NCBI GenBank assembly: GCA_021847175.1
Contig: JAJZUI010000001.1
Span: 1-55,336 of the forward strand
Direction of reading: 5' to 3'
Length of the DNA stretch: 55,336 bases
From: Pseudomonadota bacterium
GTDB taxonomy: Bacteria > Pseudomonadota > Alphaproteobacteria > Acetobacterales > Acetobacteraceae
Part shown: positions 1 to 11,983 of the stretch, in pieces
Numbering within the stretch: position 1 is the stretch's first letter
How the letters are laid out: each line of letters starts with the position of its first letter
Made by a program: the position numbers and the translations under genes
The notes under the pieces: model-generated
Database searches by the model: none
What the model was told of the DNA's origin: nothing
The model's input: the letters and a program-made list of their open reading frames with translations, nothing else

Positions 1-1058
1 CCGCCAAGGGGAACAGCTACGGCGGCCGGCCAATCTCTCGCGGCCATCTCTACCGCCTGCTGCAGAACCGCCTGTACCGGGGCGAGATCGTCCACAAAGG
101 CCAAACATACCCCGGCCAGCACGAGCCGATCATCGACCACGATCTCTGGGACCAGGTGCAGGCCCAACTCGAACAGAACCGGGTTGAGCACCGCGCCCAG
201 CAAACCACCATCCAGACCAGCCTGCTGGCAGGGCTCGTCACCGACCAGGCGGGTGACAGGCTGGTGCCCACCTACGCCAGCAAGAACGGCAATCGGTACC
301 GCTATTACATCTCCCAGACCCTCACGACCGGAACCCGCGGCAACGCACCCCACGCCATCCGTGTCCCTGCCGCAGACCTCGAACGTCTCGTCGGCGCGAG
401 ATTCTGCCGATGGCTTATGAAGCCCGCCGAACTTCTCGATTCGCTGAACACGACCGTTCCCACATCAAAACACCCAGCCGTCATCGCCGCGGCCAACAAA
501 CTCGCAACCACCTGGAACATAACGCCCACCATCAACCGTCGCGACGTGCTGCAGGCCGTCGTCGACCGCATCACGATCACGGACACCAGCATCACCATCG
601 TCATCCGATCGCTCGCGCTTGCCCAGCATCTGCTTGGCACCAACAGCGGCAGCATCGGTATAGATTCCTACGAGAACCTAGCTCCGCAGGACCCCGTCAT
701 CCTCACCATCGATGCGCAGCTCTGCCGGACCGGATTGGCAATGAAGCTGGTGGCGGAGGGACCCGAGGCCATCCAACAGGTAGATCCGACCCTGATCCGC
801 CTGCTCGCTCGCGCACACGCGATGCGCAAAGAACTTGAGACCGGCAATCATGCGAGCGTGGACGCCTGCGCCAATGCGATGGGCGTCACGGACTCCTATT
901 TCAGCCGCATCGTCAGACTGGCCTACCTGGCCCCCGACATCACCACCGCCATCCTTCATGGTCGCCAGCCGCCGAGACTCACCGCCGCGTGGCTCGCGCA
1001 GACCAGCGACCTGCCGCTCGCTTGGAGTGAGCAGCGCCGCATCCTCGGCTTCGCCTGA
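1..1058 (+). CDS. large serine recombinase, C-terminal part (5' end outside window; frame 3, open from base 3)
   Basis: Frame 3 is open from base 3: AKGNSYGGRPISRGHLYRLLQNRLYRGEIVHKGQTYPGQHEPIIDHDLWDQVQAQL. This reads like the Recombinase domain of large serine recombinases. It is followed by GLVTDQAGDRLVPTYASKNGNRYRYYIS, a cysteine-less version of the zinc-ribbon-like segment. Stop codon at 1056-1058. Confidence 0.8.
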   Translation, partial: AKGNSYGGRPISRGHLYRLLQNRLYRGEIVHKGQTYPGQHEPIIDHDLWDQVQAQLEQNRVEHRAQQTTIQTSLLAGLVTDQAGDRLVPTYASKNGNRYRYYISQTLTTGTRGNAPHAIRVPAADLERLVGARFCRWLMKPAELLDSLNTTVPTSKHPAVIAAANKLATTWNITPTINRRDVLQAVVDRITITDTSITIVIRSLALAQHLLGTNSGSIGIDSYENLAPQDPVILTIDAQLCRTGLAMKLVAEGPEAIQQVDPTLIRLLARAHAMRKELETGNHASVDACANAMGVTDSYFSRIVRLAYLAPDITTAILHGRQPPRLTAAWLAQTSDLPLAWSEQRRILGFA

Positions 1059-1298
1059 AGCCCCGTAGCCGCCCGTATTGATGCGCTTTGGCACGCATCG
1101 CCCCGCATCGGCGATGCACTGAACCGTACCAAAAAACTGGGCCTCAGAGACTGTCGCCGCGGAAGCCCTCAGAAAGCCGTCAGAGACCGTCTCTTGCGTC
1201 GCTTGCGGACCATCGCCGCCACGAAATCTCGCGTCATATCGGGGCCAATTTCGTGAACAGAAATTCGGTTGAAAATATGCGATATCATTGAGTTACGC

Positions 1299-1389
1299 TG
1301 GCGGAGGGAGTGGGATTCGAACCCACGGTACGCTGTTAACGCACACACGCTTTCCAAGCGTGCGCCTTAAGCCGCTCGGCCATCCCTCC
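1299..1389 (-). tRNA. tRNA-Ser (anticodon GGA), CCA encoded
   Basis: The reverse complement folds by hand as a class II tRNA. Acceptor GGAGGGA/TCCCTCC, anticodon stem CACGC/GCGTG with loop TTGGAAA (GGA), long variable arm, T arm GTGGG-TTCGAAT-CCCAC, discriminator G plus CCA. Confidence 0.9.
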
Positions 1390-1418
1390 GGCGCGCGCCC
1401 CGCATAGCGCAGTCGCCA

Positions 1419-3224
<1,806 letters not shown>

Positions 3225-3281
3225 GCGCCGCAGATAGTCGCTTTTGCCCCTGCTGTCAGCGCCCTCCGGCGCGCGGCTCCC

Positions 3282-4505
3282 TCAATGGAAGCGCTTGGAC
3301 AGCGTCCCATAGAGCGGCTTGCGGCAAACGAAGCGCGAGGTCTGCATCGCGATCAGGGCTGCGGCCATCAGCGGCACGGTCAGCCCCTGGTTGTTCGTCA
3401 TTTCCATAACGATCACAGTCGCCGTCAGCGGCGCCTGCACCACGCCCGAGAAATAGGAAACCATGCCCAGCAGCACCAGCGCCCCGGCCCCCGCCGCCGG
3501 CACCAGCGGCGCCAGCGCCGCCCCGAGCCCGCTGCCCACCGCGAGCGACGGCGCGAAGATCCCCCCCGGCATGCCGCTGAGATAGGAGGCCGTGGTGGCG
3601 ATGAACTTGGCGACCGTGAACAGCACCACGGAGGACGGCGCGCCCGCGGCCTGCTCCACGAGCGCCTTCGCCGGATCATATCCGCTGCCCAGGGCCGTCC
3701 CGTTCGTTGCCAGCCCCACCAGCGCCAGGACCAGCCCGCAGAACGCCGCGAAAAACACCGGGCTGCGCACCGCCAACTGCCGCAGCGGCTTCGGCCAGAT
3801 GCGCACCCCCTCCACCAGCAGCCGCGCGAACAGCCCGCCCGCCAGCCCGCCCACGACGCCCGCGAGCGGCACCCCGAGCCACCACCCCGCACCCCACCCC
3901 AGCGCCGCGTCCGTGGTGCCGAAATACGTGTAGTTGCCGGCGATCCCCACCGTCGCGATGCCGCCCAGCACCACGGCGTAGAGCGTGGAACCCAGCGTGC
4001 GGCTGCGCACGCCATGGCCCAGTTCCTCGATCGCGAACACCACCCCCGCGATCGGCGTGTTGAACGCCCCCGCGATACCCGCCGCCCCACCCGCGAGGAT
4101 CAGCGCCTGGCGCACCTCCGCCCGCGGCAGCTTCAGCACCCGCCCCAGTGAATGCATGATGGAGGAGCCGATCTGCACCGTCGGCCCCTCGCGCCCGATC
4201 GAGGCACCGCACGCCAGCCCGAAGACGCACAGCCCGATCTTCGCCGCCGCCACCCGAGGCGACAACACGCGATCCTGGTGCTCAGGCTGCATGTGCAGCG
4301 CCGCGATCGCCTGCGGAATGCCGCTGCCCTGCGCCCCCTGGAAGAACCGCTGCGTCAACCAGACGGAAAGCGCGAGCCCGCCGGGGCACAGGATGAAGAA
4401 CATCCACGGCCGCCCCGTCGTCAGGTCCGTGAACACATTTCCCGCCCACGTGCCCGCATCGGCGAACCCGATCGCCACCACCGCCACCAGGACCGCGCCG
4501 AACAT
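3282..4505 (-). CDS. ClC-family chloride channel / Cl-/H+ antiporter (no CBS domains)
   Basis: 407-aa polytopic ORF with canonical GSGIPQ, GREGPTVQ and GGIFAPS selectivity motifs. The frame stays open upstream of the first ATG, so the N-terminus is uncertain. Confidence 0.8.
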   Translation of the reverse strand: MFGAVLVAVVAIGFADAGTWAGNVFTDLTTGRPWMFFILCPGGLALSVWLTQRFFQGAQGSGIPQAIAALHMQPEHQDRVLSPRVAAAKIGLCVFGLACGASIGREGPTVQIGSSIMHSLGRVLKLPRAEVRQALILAGGAAGIAGAFNTPIAGVVFAIEELGHGVRSRTLGSTLYAVVLGGIATVGIAGNYTYFGTTDAALGWGAGWWLGVPLAGVVGGLAGGLFARLLVEGVRIWPKPLRQLAVRSPVFFAAFCGLVLALVGLATNGTALGSGYDPAKALVEQAAGAPSSVVLFTVAKFIATTASYLSGMPGGIFAPSLAVGSGLGAALAPLVPAAGAGALVLLGMVSYFSGVVQAPLTATVIVMEMTNNQGLTVPLMAAALIAMQTSRFVCRKPLYGTLSKRFH

Positions 4506-4716
4506 GAAGGCGAACCGGCGCTGCCACTGCCGCGGCGAGAACAGCGGCAGTCGCTTCCAGCGATGCAGCCGCGACAGCCGCGAAGGCAGTGGGGACGCCG
4601 ACTCGCCGGAGGTGAAGACGGACAGGGCACCCTCGTCAACGTGGCGCGGCCGCGTCGCTGGCCGCGCGAACGGGTCTAACGCAACGCTGGCCCGGGCGCC
4701 AATCCGGCGCGTTCCA

Positions 4717-7173
4717 TTATCCTCGCAGCACCGCGCCGGTCGCCTTCGCCACCGCCGCCACGATCTTTGCCGCCGCCGCCTCGATCTCCGCCTCGGTCAG
4801 CGTCCTCTCGCGCGGCTGCAGAGTCACCTCGATGGCGAGCGAAACCTTCCCCGCCGGCACCTTCTCGCCCTCATAGCGGTCGAACAGCGCCACCCCCGCA
4901 ATCAGGTTCCGCTCCGCCCCCCGCGCCGCGCGCAGCAGCGCCTCGGCCGGCACGCCGGCATCGACCAGGAACGCGAAATCGCGTCGCACCGGCTGGAACG
5001 GCGGCAAATCCGGCGCCGCCCGCTTCCGCCGCTTGGGCTCGGCGATCGCGTCGAGATCGAGCGCGAACCCCGCCGCCTGCGGCAGGTCCAGCGCCGCGCA
5101 CAACCGCGGATGCAGCACCCCGAAATGCCCGAGCACGGTCTTCGGCCCCTGCCGCACCGTCCCCGACCGCCCGGGATGGAAATATGCGGGCGCATCGGCC
5201 GTCACCGAAAGCGCCTCCATCGGCACGCCCAGCGAGGCCAGCAGCGCCCAGAGATCCGCCTTCGCATCCATCGCGTCATAGGGGCGCGACGCCTCCGCCC
5301 AGTGCCGCGGCGACATCCCGGCCCGCAGCCCCGCCGCCGTCAGCCGCTGCCGGTTCGCATGCCCGGGATGAAACGCCGGTCCCACCTCGAACAGCAACGC
5401 GCAGGGCTCGCCGCGTGCCGCGTTGCGTGAAGCCGCCTCGGCCAGTGTCGCCAGCGGCGTCGGCCGCATCGTGTCGAGATCGGCGGAAATCGGGTTGTCC
5501 ACGGCAAGCAGTGCCGTGTCGAACAGCGCCGCCCGCCCCGCCGCCATGAAGCTGAACGTCACGCACTCCGCGAGCCCGCGCGCGGCGAGCACGCGGCGCG
5601 CCAGCGCCGCCCGGCTCTGCGCGGTGGTCAGCGTCGGCGCCGGGATCGGCGCGATCCCCGGCATCGAGACCGGCGGCACCGCGTCGAGCCCGCCCAGCCG
5701 CAGCACTTCCTCGATCAGGTCCGCCTCGGGCTCGATCTCCGCGCGCCCTTCCGCCGCCTTCGCCGCCACCTCCGCCGGGAGATCGGGGGAGGGGTCGAGC
5801 GCCGATTCCTGCGCCACGTCGTTACGCCATGACGGCACCGAAACGACCACCTTCTCCGCGTCCCGCGCCGCCACGCCGAAGCCGAGCCGCTCAAGCCGCG
5901 AGACCGCCTCGTCGGCCGGCACCGCGAGCCCGCCAAAACTCTCCAGCCGCGCAAACCGCAGCGTCGCCTGCCGCTGCCAGGCCGGCTCCGCCCCGGCCGC
6001 GACCGTCTCGCTCGCCTCGCCGCCGCACAGCTCGATAATCATCCGCGTCGCCGCTTCCAGCGCCGCCGGCATCAGCGCCGGATCGATCCCGCGCTCGAAA
6101 CGCTGCCGCGCGTCGGAGGAAACGCCGTGCCGCCGCCCGGAAAGTGCGACCTGCACCGGGTCGAACAGCGCGCACTCGACGAAAACCTCCGTCGTCATCT
6201 CGTCGCATCCCGTCGGCTCGCCGCCGACCACGCCCGCCAGCGACTGCGCGCCCGCCTCGTCGGCAATGGCGCAATCCTCGTCGGTCAGCGTTACGTTCTT
6301 CCCGTGCAGCCCCGGCAGCGTCTCGCCGTTGCCACGTCGCAACGTCAGCACGCCCCCGCGCACCTTGCCCGCGTCGAACACGTGCAGCGGCCGCCCGAGA
6401 TCGAACGTGAAAAAGTTCGTCACGTCCACCAGCGCGTTGATGGGCCGCAGCCCGATCGAGGTCAGCCGCCGCACCAGCCAGTCCGGGCTCGGTCCGTTCC
6501 TCACCCCGCGCACCGCCCGCCCCAGAACCCAAGGGCAATACTCGGGAAAGTCGATCCGCCACTGCAACGGAGAGCTGTACGCCACCGGCACCGGGGCAGG
6601 GGAGAACGGCTTGAGCTTCCCCACCCCCGCCGCCGCCAGGTCGCGCGCGATCCCGCGAACCGAAAGCGCGTCGCCGCGGTTGGGCGTCACCGCGATCTCG
6701 ATAACGGGGTCGTCGATCCCCGCCCACTCGATATACGGCACGCCCACCGGCGCATCCGCCGGCAGGTCGACGATCCCCGTATGGTCCTCGCCAAGCCCCA
6801 TCTCGCGCATTGAGAGCAGCATCCCCGCGCTCTCGACGCCGCGGATGTTGCCGACCTGCAACGTGATCCCCGTCCCCGGGATATAGCTGCCCGGTGTGGC
6901 GAAGACCGCCTTCATCCCTGTCCGCGCATTGGGGGCGCCGCAGACCACGGAGACGATGCCCTCGCCCGTGTCCACCTTGCACGCCCGCAGCCGGTCGGCA
7001 TTGGGGTGCTGCACCGCCTCGACCACGCGCGCGATGCGAAACCCGCCCAGCTTCTCCGCCGGGTTATCGATCCCCTCGAGTTCGAGCCCGATCTTCGTCA
7101 GCGTATCGGTGATGTCGCCAAGGCTCGCCCCGGTATCGAGGTGCTGGCGCAGCCAGGAGAGCGTGAACTTCAT
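4717..7173 (-). CDS. pheT: phenylalanine--tRNA ligase beta subunit
   Basis: Conserved start [13 protein letters not shown] at residue 60 of the 877-aa track ORF (ATG at 7173-7171). This overlaps the pheS stop as ATGA. B3/4, B5 and anticodon-binding regions are recognisable. Confidence 0.93.
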   Translation of the reverse strand: MKFTLSWLRQHLDTGASLGDITDTLTKIGLELEGIDNPAEKLGGFRIARVVEAVQHPNADRLRACKVDTGEGIVSVVCGAPNARTGMKAVFATPGSYIPGTGITLQVGNIRGVESAGMLLSMREMGLGEDHTGIVDLPADAPVGVPYIEWAGIDDPVIEIAVTPNRGDALSVRGIARDLAAAGVGKLKPFSPAPVPVAYSSPLQWRIDFPEYCPWVLGRAVRGVRNGPSPDWLVRRLTSIGLRPINALVDVTNFFTFDLGRPLHVFDAGKVRGGVLTLRRGNGETLPGLHGKNVTLTDEDCAIADEAGAQSLAGVVGGEPTGCDEMTTEVFVECALFDPVQVALSGRRHGVSSDARQRFERGIDPALMPAALEAATRMIIELCGGEASETVAAGAEPAWQRQATLRFARLESFGGLAVPADEAVSRLERLGFGVAARDAEKVVVSVPSWRNDVAQESALDPSPDLPAEVAAKAAEGRAEIEPEADLIEEVLRLGGLDAVPPVSMPGIAPIPAPTLTTAQSRAALARRVLAARGLAECVTFSFMAAGRAALFDTALLAVDNPISADLDTMRPTPLATLAEAASRNAARGEPCALLFEVGPAFHPGHANRQRLTAAGLRAGMSPRHWAEASRPYDAMDAKADLWALLASLGVPMEALSVTADAPAYFHPGRSGTVRQGPKTVLGHFGVLHPRLCAALDLPQAAGFALDLDAIAEPKRRKRAAPDLPPFQPVRRDFAFLVDAGVPAEALLRAARGAERNLIAGVALFDRYEGEKVPAGKVSLAIEVTLQPRERTLTEAEIEAAAAKIVAAVAKATGAVLRG

Positions 7174-8240
7174 GCCCCCACCTCGTGCAGCATTGTCGGC
7201 AGCAGCGCGCTCGTCCCGTAGTGGCGCAGCCAGCGCAGGTCGCTCTCGTAGAACGGCCGCAGGTCGGGAATGCCGTTCTTCAGCATCGCCACGCGCTCGA
7301 TCCCCATGCCGAACGCGAACCCCTGCCACTCGCGCGGGTCGATCCCGCAATTGGCCAGCACCTTCGGGTGCACCATGCCGCTGCCCAGGATCTCCAGCCA
7401 GTCGCCCCCGCGCCCCAGCTCACCCGTCTTCCGGTTCCACCCGATATCCACTTCCATGGAGGGCTCGGTGAACGGGAAGTAGGAGGAGCGGAACCGCACC
7501 GGCAAATCGCCGATCCCGAAATAGGCGCGCAGAAAGTCGATCAGGCAGCCCTTGAGGTGCCCCAGCGTCAGGCCGCGATCGATCGCCAGCCCCTCGCACT
7601 GGTGGAACATCGGCGAATGCGTCGCGTCATGGTCCGCGCGATACGTCCGCCCCGGCACGATCACCCGTATCGGCGGCGGCGCCGAAAGCATCGTGCGTAC
7701 CTGCACCGGCGAGGTATGCGTCCGCAGCACCGGCCGCCGCCCGTCGGCGCCGGCGGCGAGGTAGAACGTGTCCATGTCCTCGCGGGCGGAGTGGTGCGCG
7801 GGAATGTTCAGTGCCCCGAAATTCCGCCAGTCGTCCTCGATGTCCGGCCCCTCGGCGATGCGGAATCCCATCGCCCCGAACAGCGCCGCGATCTCCTCCG
7901 CCGCCCGCGAGATCGGATGGATCAGCCCGGAAGGCGAGGGCAGGGGCGGCAGGCTCGGATCGAGCCGTTCGGCCGCCAGCCGCGCATCCAGCTCCGCCGC
8001 TTCCAGTGCCACGCGCCGCGCCTCGATCGCCTGCGTCAGCTCGTCGCGCAGCCGGTTCAGCGCAGCCCCGCGCTCACGCCTGGAAACGGGGTCGAGCGCC
8101 CCCAACCCCTTCAGCAGCGCCGTCAGGCTGCCGTTGCGCCCGAGGACAGAGACGCGCACCGCGTCCCATGCCTTGAGGTCCGAGACAGCCGCCAGGGCCG
8201 CCTCGGTCTCGCTCTTCAGTCGTGTCAGTTCGTCGCTCAT
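7170..8240 (-). CDS. pheS: phenylalanine--tRNA ligase alpha subunit
   Basis: Class II synthetase core ([26 protein letters not shown]). ATG at 8240 is preceded by AAGG. An alternative GTG start lies at 8252. Confidence 0.93.
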   Translation of the reverse strand: MSDELTRLKSETEAALAAVSDLKAWDAVRVSVLGRNGSLTALLKGLGALDPVSRRERGAALNRLRDELTQAIEARRVALEAAELDARLAAERLDPSLPPLPSPSGLIHPISRAAEEIAALFGAMGFRIAEGPDIEDDWRNFGALNIPAHHSAREDMDTFYLAAGADGRRPVLRTHTSPVQVRTMLSAPPPIRVIVPGRTYRADHDATHSPMFHQCEGLAIDRGLTLGHLKGCLIDFLRAYFGIGDLPVRFRSSYFPFTEPSMEVDIGWNRKTGELGRGGDWLEILGSGMVHPKVLANCGIDPREWQGFAFGMGIERVAMLKNGIPDLRPFYESDLRWLRHYGTSALLPTMLHEVGA

Positions 8241-8283
8241 CGCCAGTCCCACCTTGCGTCCGTCGTGGGAAGGCGCGGGCCGG

Positions 8284-8637
8284 TCAGCCTGCCGCCTTCA
8301 CCTTCTCCACGATCGCCGCGAACGACGCGGGATCGTCATAGGCAACGGCGGCGAGCACCTTGCGGTCGATCTCGATCCCCGCCGCCTTCAGCCCGGCGAT
8401 AAATCGGGAGTAGGTGAGCCCGTGCTCGCGCACGGCGGCGTTGATGCGCTGGATCCACAGGCCACGGAACTCGCGCTTCTTCACCCGCCGGTCGCGGTAG
8501 GCGTACTGCAGCGACTTCTCGAGCCGCTCCAGCGCGATCCGATAGCTGGTGGAACTACGCCCCCGGAACCCCTTGGAGGCGTCGAGGACCTTCTTGTGAC
8601 GGGCGTGGGTGGTCGTGCCCCGCTTCACGCGTGCCAT
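8284..8637 (-). CDS. rplT: 50S ribosomal protein L20
   Basis: [27 protein letters not shown]..., 117 aa, typical L20. Confidence 0.95.
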   Translation of the reverse strand: MARVKRGTTTHARHKKVLDASKGFRGRSSTSYRIALERLEKSLQYAYRDRRVKKREFRGLWIQRINAAVREHGLTYSRFIAGLKAAGIEIDRKVLAAVAYDDPASFAAIVEKVKAAG

Positions 8638-8649
8638 GTCTCGTTCTCC

Positions 8650-8853
8650 TCAGCGCAGCCCGTAGGGGGCCCACTGCTTGACGGTCAGCCCGTCCTCGTG
8701 GGTCAGCACCTGGCTGCCGCGGTTCTGCCGCTTTGCCTTCTGGGTGCGGTTGATCAGCCCGTGGCGCTTCTTTCCTGGGCCGGCGAGAACCTTCCCGGTC
8801 GCGGTGATCTTGAACCGCTTCTTGACCGAGCTCTTGGTCTTGAGCTTGGGCAT
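8650..8853 (-). CDS. rpmI: 50S ribosomal protein L35
   Basis: [22 protein letters not shown]..., 67 aa, at the 3' end of a longer artefactual track ORF. ATG at 8853-8851. Confidence 0.92.
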   Translation of the reverse strand: MPKLKTKSSVKKRFKITATGKVLAGPGKKRHGLINRTQKAKRQNRGSQVLTHEDGLTVKQWAPYGLR

Positions 8854-9009
8854 TTTCGTCTCCTGTGTCTGAGGCCCCCGAAAGGGCACGATGTCGCGGC
8901 CAGGCATGCCCCGCCCGGCGCGCAAACGGCCGCGCGGTATAGCTTCCGCTCCCCCGCCATGCAACCGCGCGCCCTTGTCCGCCCCGCAGCCCGGACCCAT
9001 AAGGCGCGC

Positions 9010-9834
9010 ATGCGCCTCGAATTCCGCAAGATGCACGGCGCGGGGAACGACTTCGTCGTCGTCGACACCCGCGCCCGCGCCCCGCTCACGCCGGCAGAGG
9101 CCCGTGCCCTTGCGGACCGCCGCCTCGGCGTCGGCTGCGACCAGGTGATCGGCCTGGAAGCGCCGCGAGGGGAAGAAGGGCAGGGCGGCGACATTTTCAT
9201 GCGCATCCGAAACCCGGACGGCAGCGAGGCCGGCGCCTGCGGCAATGCCACCCGCTGCGTCGCGGAACTCCTGCGGACAGAAACCGGCAGGACCAGTCTC
9301 GCCATCCGCACCATCTCCGGCCTTCTCCCGGCCACGTTCCAGGGCAAGGGCGTCTGGTCGGTGGACATGGGCGCCCCCCGCCTCGGCTGGCGTGAAATCC
9401 CGCTCGCCCACGCATGCGACACGCTCGCCATCCCTCTGGAAATAGAGAATTTCAGAAATCCCTCCGCCCTCTCCATGGGCAACCCGCACGCCACCTTCTT
9501 CGTCGACGACCTCGCCGCGGTAGATATCCTCCGCCTCGGCCCCATCCTCGAAAACGCCCCCATCTTCCCAGAGCGCGCCAACGTCGGCTTCGCGCAAATT
9601 CTCGCACCCGACCGCATCCGCCTGCGCGTCTGGGAACGCGGCGCCGGCCTCACACTAGCCTGCGGCTCCGGCGCCTGCGCCGCGCTCGTCAACGCCGCCC
9701 GCCGCAATCTCACCGGTCGCGCCGCCACCCTCGTCCTCGACGGCGGCGAACTGCGCATCGAATGGCGTGCCGACGACCATGTCGTCATGACCGGGCCCAC
9801 CGCCACGTCGTTCACGGGCACGATCGACCTGTGA
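9010..9834 (+). CDS. dapF: diaminopimelate epimerase
   Basis: [20 protein letters not shown]-terminus and a second catalytic Cys region (ACGSGACA). In frame within track ORF 7768..9834. Confidence 0.9.
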   Translation: MRLEFRKMHGAGNDFVVVDTRARAPLTPAEARALADRRLGVGCDQVIGLEAPRGEEGQGGDIFMRIRNPDGSEAGACGNATRCVAELLRTETGRTSLAIRTISGLLPATFQGKGVWSVDMGAPRLGWREIPLAHACDTLAIPLEIENFRNPSALSMGNPHATFFVDDLAAVDILRLGPILENAPIFPERANVGFAQILAPDRIRLRVWERGAGLTLACGSGACAALVNAARRNLTGRAATLVLDGGELRIEWRADDHVVMTGPTATSFTGTIDL

Positions 9835-11051
9835 CCGAAATCCTCTCCTTCGGCTGCCGCCTCAACGCGCTGGAGGGCGAATCCATCCGCGCCCACCTCG
9901 CCGCCCTGCCGGACAGGCCCACCCCTGACATCATCGTCGTCAACACCTGCGCCGTCACCGCGGAGGCCGAGCGCCAGGCTCGCCAGGCCATCCGCCGCGC
10001 CGCCCGGGAGCGTCCCGGCGTGCCCATCGTCGTCACCGGCTGTGCCGCCCAGATCGCGCCCGCGCGCTGGTCGGCACTTTCTGGTGTCACCCGCGTCCTC
10101 GGCAACACGGAGAAACTCGACCCCGAATCCTGGCGCTCCCAGACGCCGGTCGCGGTCAGCGACATCATGGCGGCGCCCCGCATTCCCGCGAGCCCCGTCG
10201 CCGAGTTCGCCGGCCGCACCCGTGCCTTCCTGCAGATCCAGCAGGGCTGCGACCACCGCTGCACCTTCTGCACCATCCCGTTGGGTCGCGGTAACTCCCG
10301 CAGCGTCGAACCCGACGCCATTCTCGCCCAGGCCCGAAGCCTCGTCGCCTCCGGCCACCGCGAAATCATCCTCACCGGCGTCGACCTCACCAGCTACGGC
10401 AACGATCTGCCTGGCCAGCCACGCCTCGGCACCATCGCTGCCCGCCTCCTCGCCGAGACCGATCTTCCCCGCCTGCGCCTCTCCTCGATCGACCCCGCCG
10501 AACTCGACGACGACCTCTGGGCCCTGCTTGCCACGGAACCGAGGTTCATGCCCTCGCTCCACCTCTCGCTCCAATCCGGATCGGACCTCATCCTCAAGCG
10601 CATGAAGCGCCGCCACGCCACGGCCCAGGCCGCGGCCGTCATCGCCCGCGCCCGCGCGCTGCGCCCCGGCATCGCCATCGGTGCCGACCTCATCGCCGGC
10701 TTCCCTACGGAGACGGATACCCTGTTCCAGGAGACGCTGGATTTCGTGACCACTCACGCCATCCCCTACCTCCACGTCTTCCCCTACAGCGAGCGTCCCA
10801 ACACCCCCGCCGCCCGCATGCCTGCCGTGCCCGTCGCCGTCCGCCGCGAACGCGCGAGGCAACTGCGCGAGGCCGCGGCGCGCAACGCCGCCGCCTACCA
10901 CGCCACCTTCATCGGCCAGACCCTCGCCGTCCTCGCGGAGGGCGACGCCACCGGCCGCAGCGAGCACGGCACCCGCGTCCGCGGCCAGGCAGCCCCCGGC
11001 ACCATCACCCCAATCCGGATCACCGAAGCCGACGCGGAGGGGCTCGCCTGA
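9831..11051 (+). CDS. mtaB: tRNA methylthiotransferase, MiaB-like (MtaB)
   Basis: GTG at 9831 overlaps the dapF stop (GTGA). Contains the N-terminal TCAVT cysteine region and the radical-SAM motif [11 protein letters not shown]. Confidence 0.85.
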   Translation: MTEILSFGCRLNALEGESIRAHLAALPDRPTPDIIVVNTCAVTAEAERQARQAIRRAARERPGVPIVVTGCAAQIAPARWSALSGVTRVLGNTEKLDPESWRSQTPVAVSDIMAAPRIPASPVAEFAGRTRAFLQIQQGCDHRCTFCTIPLGRGNSRSVEPDAILAQARSLVASGHREIILTGVDLTSYGNDLPGQPRLGTIAARLLAETDLPRLRLSSIDPAELDDDLWALLATEPRFMPSLHLSLQSGSDLILKRMKRRHATAQAAAVIARARALRPGIAIGADLIAGFPTETDTLFQETLDFVTTHAIPYLHVFPYSERPNTPAARMPAVPVAVRRERARQLREAAARNAAAYHATFIGQTLAVLAEGDATGRSEHGTRVRGQAAPGTITPIRITEADAEGLA

Positions 11052-11983
11052 TGTCCGGCTTCCTCGGCCGCCTGCGCGCCGGCCTCGCGCGCAGCACGCA
11101 GAAACTCACCGCCGGCATCGGCGCCGCGTTGACCCGCCGCAAGCTCGACGACGCGGCGCTCGCGGAACTGGAAGACGCGCTGATCTCCGCCGATCTCGGC
11201 CCCGCCGTCGCCGCCGATGTCGTCGCCAACCTCCGCCGCACCCGCTTTGGCCGCGACGTGACGGAACCGGAAATCCGCGCCGCACTCGCGGACATCATCA
11301 CCCCCATCCTCGCCCCCGTCGCGAAGCCGCTCGAGCCCGAGCCGGCCAACCGCCCCCACGTCGTCCTCATGGTCGGCGTCAACGGCACCGGCAAGACCAC
11401 CACCATCGGCAAGCTCGCGCAGCTTTGGCGCGCGGAAGGCAAGACGGTGCTGATGGCTGCCGCCGACACCTTCCGCGCCGCCGCCGTCGAGCAACTTCAG
11501 GTCTGGGGCCAGCGCACCGGCTGCGAAGTCGTCGCCGGTGCTGCGGGCGCCGACCCCGCGGGCCTCGCCTACGCGGCGCTGGAACGCGCCCGCAACGAAA
11601 ACGCCGACCTCCTCCTCATCGACACCGCCGGCCGCCTGCACAACAAGACCGCGCTGATGGAGGAACTCGCCAAGATCGTCCGCGTCATCAGGAAACTCGA
11701 TCCCGAGGCGCCGCACGACATCGTCCTCGTGCTGGACGCCACCACCGGCCAGAACGCCATCGCGCAGGTGGAAATCTTCCGCGCCATGGTCAACGTCACC
11801 GGCCTCATCGTCACCAAGCTCGACGGCAGCGCCCGCGGCGGCATCGTCGTGGCGCTGGCGAAGAAATTCGGCCTCCCCGTCCACGCCGTCGGCGTCGGCG
11901 AGCAGGCGGACGACCTCCGCCCCTTCGACCCCGCCGCCTTCGCCGCGGACCTCGTCGACGCGCCGGAGCACCGGGAAGCCTGA
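11051..11983 (+). CDS. ftsY: signal recognition particle receptor FtsY (short form)
   Basis: GVNGTGKTTTIGKLA, DTAGRL and TKLDG motifs, 310 aa. The start overlaps the mtaB stop. Confidence 0.93.
   Translation: MSGFLGRLRAGLARSTQKLTAGIGAALTRRKLDDAALAELEDALISADLGPAVAADVVANLRRTRFGRDVTEPEIRAALADIITPILAPVAKPLEPEPANRPHVVLMVGVNGTGKTTTIGKLAQLWRAEGKTVLMAAADTFRAAAVEQLQVWGQRTGCEVVAGAAGADPAGLAYAALERARNENADLLLIDTAGRLHNKTALMEELAKIVRVIRKLDPEAPHDIVLVLDATTGQNAIAQVEIFRAMVNVTGLIVTKLDGSARGGIVVALAKKFGLPVHAVGVGEQADDLRPFDPAAFAADLVDAPEHREA

Noticed and set aside
1088-1357. Small ORFs (67 and 62 aa) between the recombinase gene and tRNA-Ser, considered as excisionase or accessory genes
   Set aside because: No HTH or other motif and poor codon bias. 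One of them overlaps the tRNA gene itself.
4506-4716. Fluoride (crcB-motif) riboswitch upstream of the ClC gene
   Set aside because: The ClC has canonical chloride-type motifs (GSGIP, GREGP) rather than CLC-F features. The upstream region lacks the conserved riboswitch core sequences. Only a GC-rich hairpin (GCGCGGCC...GGCCGCGC) is present, downstream of pheT.
8754-10967. 737-aa minus-strand ORF across rpmI, dapF and mtaB
   Set aside because: Antisense to conserved genes, with a Gly/Ala/Arg-rich translation. High-GC artefact.
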